Shown here: in pieces, positions 36,564 to 47,782 of the stretch
How positions within the stretch are numbered: the first letter of the stretch is position 1
Layout of the letters: the number at the start of each line of letters is the position of its first letter
Assembly (NCBI GenBank): GCA_963786955.1
Contig: CAWBAT010000008.1
Coordinates: 1-64,000, forward strand
From: an uncultured Acidimicrobiia bacterium
GTDB lineage: Bacteria > Acidobacteriota > Terriglobia > Versatilivoradales > Versatilivoraceae
Length of the DNA stretch: 64,000 bases
Reading direction: 5' to 3'
Program-made: the position numbers and the translations under genes
Notes under the pieces: generated by a model
The model's database searches: none
Seen by the model: only the letters and a program-made list of their open reading frames with translations
Told to the model about the DNA's origin: nothing

Positions 36564-37580
36564 ATGAAGTCGGAGCCATCCCTCGAAGATCGTTTTCAAG
36601 GCTGTTTCTTGGGTCTTGCCATCGGTGACGCGTTGGGTTACCCCACCGAGTTCCTCTCACTTTCTGAAATCCAGAAGCGTTACGGGATAAATGGGATCGA
36701 AGACCTGCCCGGAAATCCTGCCTTACATTCGGATGATACCCAAATGTCGATGTCCGTTGCCACTGCCCTCATTCAAGCCGGGCACGCCGGCGTTGAACAT
36801 TGGATGGATGTTTTGGTGAGGGAATTTGTGAAATGGTTGCGGAGTCCCGAGAACGACCGGGCTCCAGGGAACACATCGATTAAGGGATCCATGCATCTGG
36901 AGGCGGGAATTCCCTGGACAGAATCCGGAATTGTACAGTCCAAGGGATGTGGCGCCATCATGAGAGTTGCTCCCATTGGCCTCTATTTTCATGGGGACCC
37001 GACTGAATTGCGCACGGCTGCCCGGGCTTCTGCACTTTCCACGCATGCCCATCCTACTGCCTTGGTTGCGGCCGAAGTCACGGCATTTTGCGTAGCTTGG
37101 GCCGTCGGCGGGGTTCCCCCCTCGGAATTTTGTGAGCGGACCAGGAGCCTCCAATCTCCATCAGTCACTTCCTGGGATCCCGTCTTAGGGGAGAGCTGGA
37201 AGCGTGCGGGATACTCGAGTCCGAGAGAGTATTTGGCTGCAGGATGGTCTCAATTGTTGTCGGAACTCGACAAGATTTCTCAGTCCCTGGCGCAAGATCC
37301 TTCGGATGTTTGTGAAATTCTTGGAGGAGGATGGGGTTCGGATGAAGCCTTGGCTTGTGCGCTGGCCTGCGTGATCGAATTCCCCGAAGACTATAGCGCA
37401 GCCATTAAACGGGGAGCCAACACAAGTGGAGATTCTGATTCCATTGCCTCGATCGCCGGAGCCATTAGCGGTGCTTTTCTGGGAACCGAGGCCATTCAAA
37501 AAGACTGGCGTAAGCGCATCGAGAATCGCCGGGCTCTCGTCACTCTTTCCAAAAAGCTGTATCTTGCTCATCAGAAATGA
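36564..37580 (+). CDS. ADP-ribosylglycohydrolase family protein
   Basis: GLAIGDALG, SDDT, GCGAIMRVAP and GDSDSIASIAG motifs. Confidence 0.9.
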   Translation: MKSEPSLEDRFQGCFLGLAIGDALGYPTEFLSLSEIQKRYGINGIEDLPGNPALHSDDTQMSMSVATALIQAGHAGVEHWMDVLVREFVKWLRSPENDRAPGNTSIKGSMHLEAGIPWTESGIVQSKGCGAIMRVAPIGLYFHGDPTELRTAARASALSTHAHPTALVAAEVTAFCVAWAVGGVPPSEFCERTRSLQSPSVTSWDPVLGESWKRAGYSSPREYLAAGWSQLLSELDKISQSLAQDPSDVCEILGGGWGSDEALACALACVIEFPEDYSAAIKRGANTSGDSDSIASIAGAISGAFLGTEAIQKDWRKRIENRRALVTLSKKLYLAHQK

Positions 37581-37615
37581 GCCTTAAGACCACAAAAACT
37601 GGAAATCCAAGGGGG

Positions 37616-37851
37616 AGTCCCCGAAGGGGACCAACATGAGTAGCCCCGGGTGGCACGGGCCGCGCCACCCGGGGGGGACGTCATGTCAAGGAGCCCCGAC
37701 CCTGAAAGGGTCGAACAGAGAGGGTATGCAGATCGTTCGAGGTGGTTCAACCCTTTCAGGGTTGGATTCAGAACTTTCTGACCACCGTGGGTTTCGCTCC
37801 GCGTTGCTACGCTCGACCCACGGCTATTGATGTTGGTCCCCTTCGGGGACT
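37616..37851. repeat. long symmetric REPIN-like palindrome
   Basis: agtccccgaaggggaccaacat / atgttggtccccttcggggact ends; inner ccctgaaaggg / ccctttcaggg. Confidence 0.8.
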
Positions 37852-38248
37852 GCAGTTAGCTCCCTTTCTGTGTCCAGCAGAAGACTCGTGGGCGCCATCA
37901 GCCCTTGGGGCGAGGGGATTGATGAGTGGGTGCGCTCCTCAACCCTTTCGAGATCTCAATGCTACCCCCGGTGTCCAGCCGAAGATATGTGTAACGATCT
38001 GCTTGTACAAGGGGGGGGACGCCGTTGTTGTTCCTGTTCTGATTCCTCTCGCCGGGTTTGTAGGCCCTCCAAAATTTGCACCTCACCCGATGCTTGATCT
38101 TCTCGATTCCCGCTTGCTTATTTCCATCCGTCCCCCCCTTGCACGGTTTTCTTTAGGGACATAGCTACAAAGGGAGACTTGAGGTGGTAAAGACTAAACG
38201 GCAAATACCCATGAATGTGCTTCCATTCGTTACCCGGAATTTTTCCCT

Positions 38249-39317
38249 CTACCCATCTTTTGACATTCTTCCATAGTGATAGGCTTCATCATACATGGCG
38301 ATGATATTTTCCATCGGCGTGTTGACTTGCAGATTGTGGCAGGGAGCGAGAATGTAGCCTGTATCATCGCTTGCTAACGAGTCTATGCAATGACGAACTT
38401 CAAGACGGACCTCTTCGGGAGTACCAAAAGGCAAAATTCTCTGATTCTCGACGGCGCCGTGGAAGCAAATCCGTTGGCCGAAATCACGCTTTAGATCCTC
38501 CATATCCATCCCCGGACAAGTCCATTGAACCGGATTTAGAATATCGATACCCATCTCAACAAGAGTTGGCAAAAAAATTCGGTTGCTTCCATCATCATGG
38601 TGGAAAACTTTGATTCCGAACTCGTGGCAGAGGTCAATGAATCGCTGGTGGTGGGGCGCATAGAACTTTTTGTAAAGATCCAGGCTGATCATGGGCCCCT
38701 TTTGGGTTCCTAAGTCATCCGTCACCTGGGCCACATCGACTAGACCGTCACAAGCCTCAAACATCCGACGATGGTACTCGTAAAAAAAATCAGAGATTCT
38801 TCCTAATAAGACATGGGTAAATGTCAGGATCTTCCAGGGGGTCAATGAGTGACTGTTCCAGTCCGCGGAGCAGATTATGGAAAAAGAAAGGAGCCATGTA
38901 CCCACACAATACGACTTGAGATTCATGCAGCACTTTTGCGTGTTCCTTCATCAGGGAGTAATTAAACCAGTCTTCCTGCGGCCATGCGTAGGCACTCAGA
39001 TCATCGATCGATCTGGCAAATGCCAGCGGGTAGAAAAACTGCTCGTCGTAAAACCCGCCCTCGTGAGCCATCCGTTTCGTCCGCATCCCCCAATAATTAA
39101 CCGTTTCGTTTCCAGGTATTTTGGGAAGGGCCGGGCCAGCATACTCCGGGCTGACTGACCCCATCCCATCGATGTGTAACTCGGCCATGGCTGTTGCTTG
39201 GTCCCCGAATCGGGCTCGAAGTTTTTCCCACACTTCTGGTGTGGCCCAAATGTCGGTGGGTATGCGATCGATCGGACGGCGATTGATCGCCGCCAACATC
39301 CGTTCTCGCGAGTTCAT
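38249..39317 (-). pseudogene. uroporphyrinogen decarboxylase / cobalamin methyltransferase family protein, one frameshift near 38822
   Basis: MNSRERMLAA N-terminus; DDLGTQ, HDDG, DILNPVQ and GYILAPCH in the second frame. Confidence 0.8.
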
Positions 39318-39399
39318 TGTTTAAGAGTTCCTCTGGGATTGAATAGATGAGAGCCCATGACTAGAGTAGATGTCTTAATTGTTGTCTGCCAGTAATTCT

Positions 39400-39675
39400 T
39401 CACCCCCCTGAAGTCCCCCCTTGTGCAAGGGGGGACCATGATGAACGTGCTTCCCCTTTGTGAACGTTTCCTTTTGGGACAATTCAAGGGAGGGCGTTGT
39501 TGTTCTTGTTGCGTCTCTAATTACTTTTGACAGATCGGTAGAAAATCTAAAACCATGCACTTCGCCCCATGCTTGACTTATTAAATCCACGTCCGCCTCT
39601 TTTTACTTGTCCCCCCTTAACAGGGGGGACTTGAGGGGGGCTGTAACGTATTTGCAACATTATTTAGTTCTTTGT
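39400..39675. repeat. CCCCTT..AAGGGG hairpin repeat pair
   Basis: cccccttgtgcaaggggg and ccccccttaacagggggg; interior resembles 38006-38160. Confidence 0.6.
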
Positions 39676-40099
39676 CTTTGTATCGATCAGTACATGAACC
39701 TGCTTCACACAACGTCCTGCAGATTTTCGCCTAGTCCAGGGTTTGGATCAATATTCGAAAGACGGAAATAATTCTTAAGAAGGTGACGACTGCAAACTTT
39801 TTGTCCACCATGAGCATCAATCAAAATGCTCTCCGTTCAGTTTCAATGTCGATTGAGAACGGTTTGGAGCTTGATTACGACGATTAAAAGTGAAGAGTAT
39901 TTCATTTCGCAAGAAACGATGCTAGTTTCAGCTTGCAAGTTGATGATCTTCGAAAAGCCCTTCCTGGAGCCAGATTCGGGGCTACAAGCTAAAATGAAAG
40001 AGCCGGAGCAAGTGGCTTATTGAAATCCAACTTCAACCAAAAACTGTTGTTATATTCAACACCCCATTATTAAAACTATTTAGAAAAGAGGGAATCACT

Positions 40100-41188
40100 A
40101 TGAAAGAGAAACCTATTCGATCCACATCCCCCCTCATCATAAGTACTGTTTTATTTTTGAACCTGTTTGTCATGCTCGCTTGGATTGAAGCGGCCGGGAA
40201 CCAACCCACCGGACCCGCTGCCCAAGGAGACAGCCTTAGCATCACCGGGATCTCCCCAAACTCCGGTCCAGTCACAGGTGGGACCCCTATTCGAGTTTCG
40301 GGGACCGACATCTCGAACGATGCGACTCTAACGATCAAAGGAGTTGCAGCGGTTAACGTGGTTCGGGTTGAGGACAATTTGATCACGGCGGTTACTCCTG
40401 CCGTTGCAACTTCCGGACCGGCGGATGTTACCGTTTCTGTTTCGAACGGGAAATCCGTGACCCTGACGGGAGGTTTCACCTACACGACCAATCAGACACC
40501 GGCGCCGCCAACAACCGCTCAATTCATTCCTTACGTCGTTGACGACGATAGTTTCAGAACCAATTTGATCCTTACCAATATGACCGCTAATCAAGCTACG
40601 GTAACGGTCACATTTGTCGATGCCAGTGGCACGGTGATTGGTTCCAAGACCTATACCATTGTGGGCAATGGCCGAATTCAGCTTGGAAACGTTCTACGGG
40701 ATATTTTGGAAAGTACCATCCCAACGCATAAGACCGGCTATTTGCAGGTTGAGTCATCGCAGTCCCTGTCCATGGCGACCACTCCGATTGATAACTCCAC
40801 AAACTCCTCTTCAGTGGTTCAGGGTACAAGGGGGCGGGGAACTCATCTCCTATTGCCTACCTCCACATCGATTGGAGCCTTTAAGACCACTCTCACCCTG
40901 GTGAATGATGACAAGTCACAAAATGAAATCGAGATCAAACTACGCGACGACAGTGGAACGGTCCGGGTCATTAAGAAGGTTGCATTAGCTCCCTACGGGT
41001 TCTTCCATGTAGAGGACATCCACGGCTTCCTGGGCGTCAATGGTGCCGTGGGGGCCATCGAGCTCAGGTCTAGTGGCTCGAATCCGGCCCACTTTGTGGC
41101 CGTATCTAAAGTGTATGCCCCGCTGACCACCCAGAGTGGCAGTGTCGGGACGACTAGTTCATTCTTCTTTGCCGAACCGATCGAATAG
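40100..41188 (+). CDS. secreted IPT/TIG domain protein
   Basis: Signal-like N-terminus, ITGISPNSGPVTGGTPIRVSG IPT motif, two beta-rich FRTNL/FKTTL repeats. Confidence 0.8.
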   Translation: MKEKPIRSTSPLIISTVLFLNLFVMLAWIEAAGNQPTGPAAQGDSLSITGISPNSGPVTGGTPIRVSGTDISNDATLTIKGVAAVNVVRVEDNLITAVTPAVATSGPADVTVSVSNGKSVTLTGGFTYTTNQTPAPPTTAQFIPYVVDDDSFRTNLILTNMTANQATVTVTFVDASGTVIGSKTYTIVGNGRIQLGNVLRDILESTIPTHKTGYLQVESSQSLSMATTPIDNSTNSSSVVQGTRGRGTHLLLPTSTSIGAFKTTLTLVNDDKSQNEIEIKLRDDSGTVRVIKKVALAPYGFFHVEDIHGFLGVNGAVGAIELRSSGSNPAHFVAVSKVYAPLTTQSGSVGTTSSFFFAEPIE

Positions 41189-41262
41189 CGAGGAATCAGA
41201 GCAGACAGACATTGGCAAATTTCCTAGCGTACCCATCTGCCGACCAGTCTGAATTTGGTTTC

Positions 41263-41331
41263 AAAATGTCTAAACTTGAGCAGCAGGCCTTGCCTCTTGA
41301 GGTCTCTCTTAAGTTTGGACATTTGCACTAG
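41263..41331. repeat. short inverted-repeat miniature element
   Basis: aaatgtctaaacttgag versus cttaagtttggacattt. Confidence 0.5.
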
Positions 41332-41563
41332 AAGAGACCTGACCAGAGACTTGGATTTAAGTCGTCCTTTCCGCATAAAAAATCCGCTGCTCTTCCCCGA
41401 AAACTGAGGGCTCCCGCATCGCCCACCGTCGAAGTTCTTTCTTCCCTTGAAAATGAGAATTCTTTACTTGCCTGCATCCCCCCGCTTAAGCATGATCAAC
41501 AAAGCTAAAAGGATCGCCCGGATCTTCCGATAAGCTAATGGAAGAGCACAAGGGGGGGGATGT

Positions 41564-41899
41564 TTGGACTCAGAACAGTTTGATTTTCCACGCCTTAGTC
41601 TGAGTGTCCGGGCGCGTCAGTTTGTCGACTACTTTTTTTGTGTGGGCTACGGGATCATCGGGCTGCAGATCATACTTGACCTGGCTGGAGCTCACAACGA
41701 AAGCGGGTTCAAGAGGTTTCTAAATAAGGTTACTTATCCCATACTCGGACCGTTTGAGGGGATTTTCCCGGATCCCGTCTTCAATGACCGCTTTCACATC
41801 CGTATTTCCTATCTTGTCGCTCTCCTCGTGTATTTGCTGATTCATCTTGCCGTGTATTACTTCTTCAAGTTATTGCAGCCGAAGAGGCAACTGATATAG
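41564..41899 (+). CDS. YggT-like membrane protein
   Basis: Two TM helices, VTYPILGPFEGIFP motif. Confidence 0.65.
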   Translation: MDSEQFDFPRLSLSVRARQFVDYFFCVGYGIIGLQIILDLAGAHNESGFKRFLNKVTYPILGPFEGIFPDPVFNDRFHIRISYLVALLVYLLIHLAVYYFFKLLQPKRQLI

Positions 41900-42401
41900 C
41901 CGGAAGAGTTTGTTCATCCTTGCTGACTGCTGGGATCAATGCTAAATTCCGCCTATATTGAAGAGACGCTGGTTGAAATCTTAAATGATCTGATTTCTGC
42001 CAGGCTGGTCCAGAGACAGTTTCGGATGAATAGGGCGTATCCCTTGGTTACCTTGAACCCCAGTGGATTGACGGATAACAGGATACATAGTGCCAGTATC
42101 CTGATTCGTAGATAATGGGTCCGTCTCTAATCATTATGCGGTATCTGTCCGATTTTCTTATATAGACCAGGGGGGTGTAAACATTGCATGTTAGAAAAGG
42201 AATTTGCGATAGTTAAGAGTAAGATCCAAACTTTGCGGAGGCAGGGAATTGACGGTCGCTTTGTGGAACACTTGAATCGTTGAGACCGCGGATCATGTAT
42301 AGCACGATTTCTATGAACAACACCCCCTTGCCGCTCCTAATGGCCACAGTGGGCTCGGAGGCATGATTATTCTAAGTTGCGTTTCAGAGGTGCGCGTCGC
42401 C

Positions 42402-43490
42402 ATGAATAAACCAGATCCTGAGGCAAATAATACCACCCGTCGTGAATTTCTTTATTCAATGTCGGCCATGGCTCTTTCTCAGTTTACGAAGACAGCTCAA
42501 CCAGTCGCATTGAAGTCATTTGGGATTGCCCAAGCTTCTTTTCGAATTCGGTTCACGCAGGCGGCCCAAGCCAGTGAGAGTAAAGAGCCGGCAATTCCTG
42601 CCGAGAAATATATTGATCTGTGTAAGTCGTTTGGCGGAGATGGCTGTCAGTTTGACTTCAGCCTTCTGAGTTCGACCGATGAGGATTATTTAAAGCGTCT
42701 CCGGCGTTCCCTCGAAGACAAGGGCATGTTTCTAGAGCTTTCCATGCCAGCCCAGTGGCTTGCGGACCCGAACACCTTGACCAATGCGGCGGCTGTGGCT
42801 AAGGAACTGGGCGCCACTCGCATTCGCGTCGCAATCAACGGGAGGCGCTATGAGGACTTTTCTTCACTCAAACAGTGGAAAGACTTTTATTCCCACTGGT
42901 TTGAAGTGATGCGCCAAGCTGAACCTCTGCTCAGGGGAAAAGGCTTGACCGTAGGGATTGAAAATCATGGGGACTGGATGGCAGACGAACTAGTGGAGAT
43001 CCTTCACCAGATTAACAGCCCACATCTGGGGGCCTGTGTCGACTTCGGAAACAGCTTGGCATTGCTTGAAGACCCTCTGGAAGTGGCCCGGAAATTAAGC
43101 CCCTATGCCGTGACCGCGCTACTAAAAGATATGACTATCAGTTCCACTGAAGACGGATTCCTATTGACAGATGTACCTTTAGGCCAGGGGATAATCCCGC
43201 TCGCAAAAATCATGGAAATCCTACGAAGAGGCCGCTCGGATATCCATTTTTGCCTGAACATGGATACGCGTGATCCATGGAAAGTTCCGTTCAAGAAGGA
43301 CAGATACTGGGTCGCTTACGAAGAAAGGAACGAGGAGCGAATCGAAAAATTTAAAACTTCCATTCTCAGCAAATCTTCTTCGGCGTCACTTCCTAAGGTG
43401 AGCGGGATGAGTAGTCCCAGAATGTTGGCCGTCGAAGATGACAACATCCGGAAATCCGTCTCTTATGCGAAGAGAACCTTGGGCTTTTAA
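42402..43490 (+). CDS. sugar phosphate isomerase/epimerase (AP_endonuc_2 TIM barrel), Tat-like signal
   Basis: TRREFL, GIENHGD, CVDFGN and LKD motifs. Confidence 0.82.
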   Translation: MNKPDPEANNTTRREFLYSMSAMALSQFTKTAQPVALKSFGIAQASFRIRFTQAAQASESKEPAIPAEKYIDLCKSFGGDGCQFDFSLLSSTDEDYLKRLRRSLEDKGMFLELSMPAQWLADPNTLTNAAAVAKELGATRIRVAINGRRYEDFSSLKQWKDFYSHWFEVMRQAEPLLRGKGLTVGIENHGDWMADELVEILHQINSPHLGACVDFGNSLALLEDPLEVARKLSPYAVTALLKDMTISSTEDGFLLTDVPLGQGIIPLAKIMEILRRGRSDIHFCLNMDTRDPWKVPFKKDRYWVAYEERNEERIEKFKTSILSKSSSASLPKVSGMSSPRMLAVEDDNIRKSVSYAKRTLGF

Positions 43491-43580
43491 GAACTTGTTT
43501 CGGGAGTCCGGTAGTTCTTGCAGTGAGGCAAGAGTTGGGCATCTTCTTGCAACCCTGGCGAACGAGGCGGGGAGGCGTTT

Positions 43581-43994
43581 ATGAAGTACTTAATGGCTGT
43601 GTTGGCCTCACTCTTATCGGTTTGGCTCTTTTATTTTCTTGTGGCAGCATTTTTTGTTCAGTTTGAGGGGTTCCCGGTGATTTTGATTTGGCTGGGGAAT
43701 ATTATCCTCTTCTTGCTGAGCCACAGCGTCAGGCAGGTCCTCAGCCGATTTTTTTTCCTCTCGGCCATCGAGACGCTGGTCCCTCCTTTGGCCGCATTCA
43801 TTCATGGCTTCGGAAATGAGCAAGAGCTGCTCAAGTCTCTAATGAACAGTAGCCAGGATCCTGCACTGATCCGCTATCTAATCTCCAGTGGCTACGACAC
43901 CGAACGGGTAGTGATAACAAGCCTTGGATTCATGCTCATTTTTTCACTTTTTGCGTTCTTTCTTTCCCCTGAGACCGACCAGTTTAAGTATTGA
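43581..43994 (+). CDS. hypothetical membrane protein
   Basis: GGAGG RBS, four hydrophobic segments. Confidence 0.6.
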   Translation: MKYLMAVLASLLSVWLFYFLVAAFFVQFEGFPVILIWLGNIILFLLSHSVRQVLSRFFFLSAIETLVPPLAAFIHGFGNEQELLKSLMNSSQDPALIRYLISSGYDTERVVITSLGFMLIFSLFAFFLSPETDQFKY

Positions 43995-44016
43995 TTCCGT
44001 TCGACGAACGCCAATA

Positions 44017-44087
44017 GGTGGAACGCGCGCTCCCGCGCGCGTTCAAGCGTGCGCCGGGGGACAGCGGTCCCACGCCCACGCTCCACC
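44017..44087. repeat. GTGG-type REP pair
   Basis: ggtggaacgcgcgc...ccacgctccacc; near-identical to 61979-62052 and related to about 30538 and 31503. Confidence 0.8.
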
Positions 44088-44158
44088 CCGCCTGCAGACA
44101 GCTCGAAGCTGTGTTACTGTTTCCATGAAATGGAGCATTTGGGGGAACAGCCTCAGAC

Positions 44159-45196
44159 TCAACTCCACCTGAAGAGGCGAAAGGCCAGGAGAATGGAAAT
44201 CGCCCCCCAGGCCGAGACAATAGAGAGCCGCACCCATTGATCCAGTAGACCGGATCCTTCCAGGATAACGGAGCGCAAGGCGTCATTGAGTGCCGTCAAA
44301 GGCAATGCACGTATAAAGGGTTGCAAAGCTGCAGGAAAACGATCGGCTGAAAAGAAAACCCCGGATAAGACATACATTGGCAGCATGACCAGGTTGATCA
44401 GCCCAGAGATCGTCTCAATTTTCCGGGCCCGGCTTCCGCAAAGCAATCCTATCCCTGAAAAACAGAGTGATCCGATGAATGCCACGAGCACGATACTGAG
44501 CCAGGATCCTTGAATCATCATTCCAAAAGCATAAACGCCAAAAAGCAGAAGCAGAACCACTTCAGCAATCATAAAAACCAGTCGGCTGAAGACCAGGGAA
44601 AGCAGCAGATCCAGTCGCCGCATCGGGGTGGCGACCAAACGCTTTAAGAGTTTTTTCATGCGCATTTCCACCAGCCCGAATCCGATTCCCCACATTCCGC
44701 CGCCCATGAGGTTCATCCCTAACAGGCCAGGGATCAGAAAGTCGATATAGCGTGAACCCGGCTGAGAAATCAAAGTATCTTGAGTGTCGACCCTATTCTG
44801 TCGGCCCGCAGCGTTCTGTAAAGCATTATCCACCAAGGTGCGCGCCAGCAGGCTGTCCGGGCGAGTGGGATCATACCGATATTCATAGCTTTTCCCAGGG
44901 ATCACAACAACGGCCACTTTTCCTAGGCGAAGAGCTGAAGCGGCATGTTCTACCGGGAGGATCTGCACTTCCACCCCAGGTGCGTCTTTCAATTTCGCGA
45001 CAACGGTACTGGCCTCTCCACCTTCCGTTATCGCTACCCAGATTTTTTCAGGGGGGCGATTGCGAAAGGCAATCCCCAGTCCGATGGCCAGAAGAATAGG
45101 AAAGCCGAATACCCAGAAAATGACCTCGGGTTCACGATAAAACTCGCGAAAATTCCAAAGGATGAGCTCGACGAGCGGGCTGCGATTTTTCATCAA
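44159..45196 (-). CDS. ABC-2 type permease
   Basis: FWVFGFP, YIDFLIPG, LKRLVATP and LSGVFF motifs. Confidence 0.9.
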   Translation of the reverse strand: MMKNRSPLVELILWNFREFYREPEVIFWVFGFPILLAIGLGIAFRNRPPEKIWVAITEGGEASTVVAKLKDAPGVEVQILPVEHAASALRLGKVAVVVIPGKSYEYRYDPTRPDSLLARTLVDNALQNAAGRQNRVDTQDTLISQPGSRYIDFLIPGLLGMNLMGGGMWGIGFGLVEMRMKKLLKRLVATPMRRLDLLLSLVFSRLVFMIAEVVLLLLFGVYAFGMMIQGSWLSIVLVAFIGSLCFSGIGLLCGSRARKIETISGLINLVMLPMYVLSGVFFSADRFPAALQPFIRALPLTALNDALRSVILEGSGLLDQWVRLSIVSAWGAISILLAFRLFRWS

Positions 45197-45308
45197 TGAT
45201 CCCTTTCCGTCGGAAGGAATTTACAAAAGCTTAAAGTTGCTGTCTCAGTGTCGTTTTCTCGGAATGTAAAATGGATCCCTTTCAACAGCGTGCTTTACCC
45301 AAGATGTC

Positions 45309-46256
45309 TCAATCGTCGCGCAAATGCCTTCCGGTAAGCTTTACAAACACATCTTCCAGGCTGGCGTGCCGGGTGGTCAGGCGGGCTAAGGGAATTCCCT
45401 TGTTGTTCAGTAAAGAAATAAGTTTGGGGATGGCAAGGTGTGGCTCTTGAACCTGCAAAGAGAATCCATCGGGCAGCGAACGGGCCGAATTGACGGAATC
45501 GAGCCCCACTAAAAGTTCAGAGGAAATAGCCGCATTCGGGACATCTTCCACGGCAAACTCCACCACATGTTCTCCGCCGAGCGATGCAATGAGTTCGCGC
45601 GGCGAGCCCAACGCGATGAGTTTTCCATGATCCACAATCCCCACCCGACCGCAAAGGCGCTCAGCCTCATCCATATAGTGAGTGGTGAGCAAGATCGTAC
45701 CGCCATTCCCCTGAAACCGATGAATAATATCCCACAGTTGACGACGTGATTGCGGATCAAGACCGGTGGTCGGCTCATCCAGAAAAAGGACTTGTGGGTC
45801 ACCCACCAGTGCACAAGCCACTGCCAATCGTTGCCGTTGCCCGCCGGATAGCTTATTGACCCAAGTATTCCCTTTTTCGGTTAATTCAACCTCGTCCATC
45901 ACAGCCTTGGGGGCGCGCCCTTCCCGATAAAAACTTCGGAACAGAGCCAAGACCTCGTGAACTGTCAGTTTGTCGGGCAATTTTGTTTCTTGTAATGAGA
46001 TTCCCAGCCCTTCACGAAGTTCTTGATCTGCTTCTCCCCAACGTTTTCCGAGGATCTCGACTAGCCCGGCCGTAGGCTCGATGAGACCTTCCAAGATCTC
46101 AATCGTTGTGGTCTTCCCAGCCCCATTAGGGCCCAACAAGCCAAAACACTCCCCTTTATAAATTTCCAGGTCAAGTCCCCTTACGGCTTCCACCTGATTG
46201 TCATAGTTCTTATACAGATTCCTGCAACGAATGGCTTCTTGAACCATAATTTTCAT
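45309..46256 (-). CDS. ABC transporter ATP-binding protein
   Basis: GPNGAGKTT, LSGGQ, LDEPTTGLD and TTHYM motifs. Confidence 0.92.
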   Translation of the reverse strand: MKIMVQEAIRCRNLYKNYDNQVEAVRGLDLEIYKGECFGLLGPNGAGKTTTIEILEGLIEPTAGLVEILGKRWGEADQELREGLGISLQETKLPDKLTVHEVLALFRSFYREGRAPKAVMDEVELTEKGNTWVNKLSGGQRQRLAVACALVGDPQVLFLDEPTTGLDPQSRRQLWDIIHRFQGNGGTILLTTHYMDEAERLCGRVGIVDHGKLIALGSPRELIASLGGEHVVEFAVEDVPNAAISSELLVGLDSVNSARSLPDGFSLQVQEPHLAIPKLISLLNNKGIPLARLTTRHASLEDVFVKLTGRHLRDD

Positions 46257-46434
46257 ATTAACACAAGCCCTCACCAGGCCTCGGGAATTGGATTTCGTGG
46301 TTCGGGTAAAGTCTTCCTAATTCGTCCCACAGATGCTAACATGAGCTGCTTAAATTGCAGGCCTTGCTCTTCTTTCAAGGGAGAGACCGAGACACATGCA
46401 TGATGTGGAATTCAATACAGGCTTTTGGAAAACA

Positions 46435-47760
46435 ATGAAGAAGATAGGATTTGTCAGTCTCGGATGTGAGAAAAACCTCGTGGATACCGAGGTGATGATG
46501 GGGCTGTTGAACCAACGGGGTTACCAGATCACTCCAGAACCTCAAACGGCCGACATTATCGTTGTCAATACCTGCGGATTTATAGACAAGGCCAAGCAAG
46601 AGAGTATTGATACTATTCTGGAGATGGCTGAGTACAAAAACTCCGGGAATTGTTCCCGCCTCGTCGTGACAGGCTGCCTCGTTGAAAGATATCGGTCCGA
46701 AATTCAAAAAGAAATTCCCGAAGTGGATGCCGTTTTGGGGACAACTCAAATCGAGTCCATCATCCAGCTTTGCGAGAACACTGAGCCGCCGAAAATTGAC
46801 AATCCTTACTACCTCTACGATGAACATTCTCCACGCCTACTCACGACACCCCGCTTTACGGCCTACATTAAGATCGCGGAAGGATGCGACCGCCCGTGTA
46901 CATTCTGTATTATCCCCAAGATACGAGGCCACTATCGCAGCCGCCCCTTATCCTCTATTCTGAATGAAGCTCGTTTTCTGGCCGAAAACGGAGTCAAAGA
47001 AATCGTCTTGATTTCCCAAGAAACAACAAAATACGGCGACGATATCGGCCTCAAACATGGGATTTCTGATCTCCTCCGTCAACTCTCCGCCATTGAGGGG
47101 TTGCGGTGGATTCGATTCCTTTACTGCTTTCCTTCTCAAGTCGATGAGTCCCTATTAGACACACTGAGAGAAGAGGACAAGGTCTGCAGTTATATCGATA
47201 TACCGTTGCAGCACGCCAATGGAAGACTCTTGAAATCCATGCAACGCGGCGGTAATGCCGACAGCTTACGAAGGTTTGTGGAGCATATCCGCCAAAAGGT
47301 TCCGGGTGTGACGATGCGAACCTCGATGATTGTGGGCTATCCCAGTGAAACCGAGGAAGAGTTTGCCGAACTCTGTCATTTTGTCGAGGAGATGGAATTC
47401 GACCGGTTGGGGACGTTTACCTATTCTGATGAAGAGGGAACCGGCAGTTATTTGTTAGATGGCAAGTTGCCTTCCCGTACCATCAACCAGCGAAAGAATC
47501 ACCTCATGCGATTACAGGCTAAGATTTCGAAGAAAAAAAATCGACAGCTTATCGGAAAGCGATTTCCGTTGTTAGTAGAAGGCCATTCCGAAGAAACAGA
47601 TCTCCTTTGGCAAGGACGCATGGAGTCCCAGGCTCCCCGCATCGATGGGGTAGTCTTAATTAACGATGTGGAAGGTGAAATGCCACAAGCCGGTGAATTT
47701 CGCACGGTTGAGATTGCTCAAAGCATGGAATATGACTTAATGGGCAAACTGGTCTGTTGA
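46435..47760 (+). CDS. rimO: ribosomal protein S12 methylthiotransferase
   Basis: SLGCxKN, NTCGFI..AKQES, CDRPCTFC radical SAM motif, TRAM domain with APRIDG. Confidence 0.93.
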   Translation: MKKIGFVSLGCEKNLVDTEVMMGLLNQRGYQITPEPQTADIIVVNTCGFIDKAKQESIDTILEMAEYKNSGNCSRLVVTGCLVERYRSEIQKEIPEVDAVLGTTQIESIIQLCENTEPPKIDNPYYLYDEHSPRLLTTPRFTAYIKIAEGCDRPCTFCIIPKIRGHYRSRPLSSILNEARFLAENGVKEIVLISQETTKYGDDIGLKHGISDLLRQLSAIEGLRWIRFLYCFPSQVDESLLDTLREEDKVCSYIDIPLQHANGRLLKSMQRGGNADSLRRFVEHIRQKVPGVTMRTSMIVGYPSETEEEFAELCHFVEEMEFDRLGTFTYSDEEGTGSYLLDGKLPSRTINQRKNHLMRLQAKISKKKNRQLIGKRFPLLVEGHSEETDLLWQGRMESQAPRIDGVVLINDVEGEMPQAGEFRTVEIAQSMEYDLMGKLVC

Positions 47761-47782
47761 GGATTCCAGAATAAAGTGACGA

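Noticed and set aside
41900-42400. Long intergenic region as an ncRNA (for example 6S)
   Set aside because: Only a short caggatac..gtatcctg hairpin is visible and no family consensus is recognisable by eye; needs an Rfam search.
46435-46475. RimO motif GCEKN instead of the more usual GCPKN
   Set aside because: The Fe-S cysteine is retained, so this is ordinary variation.
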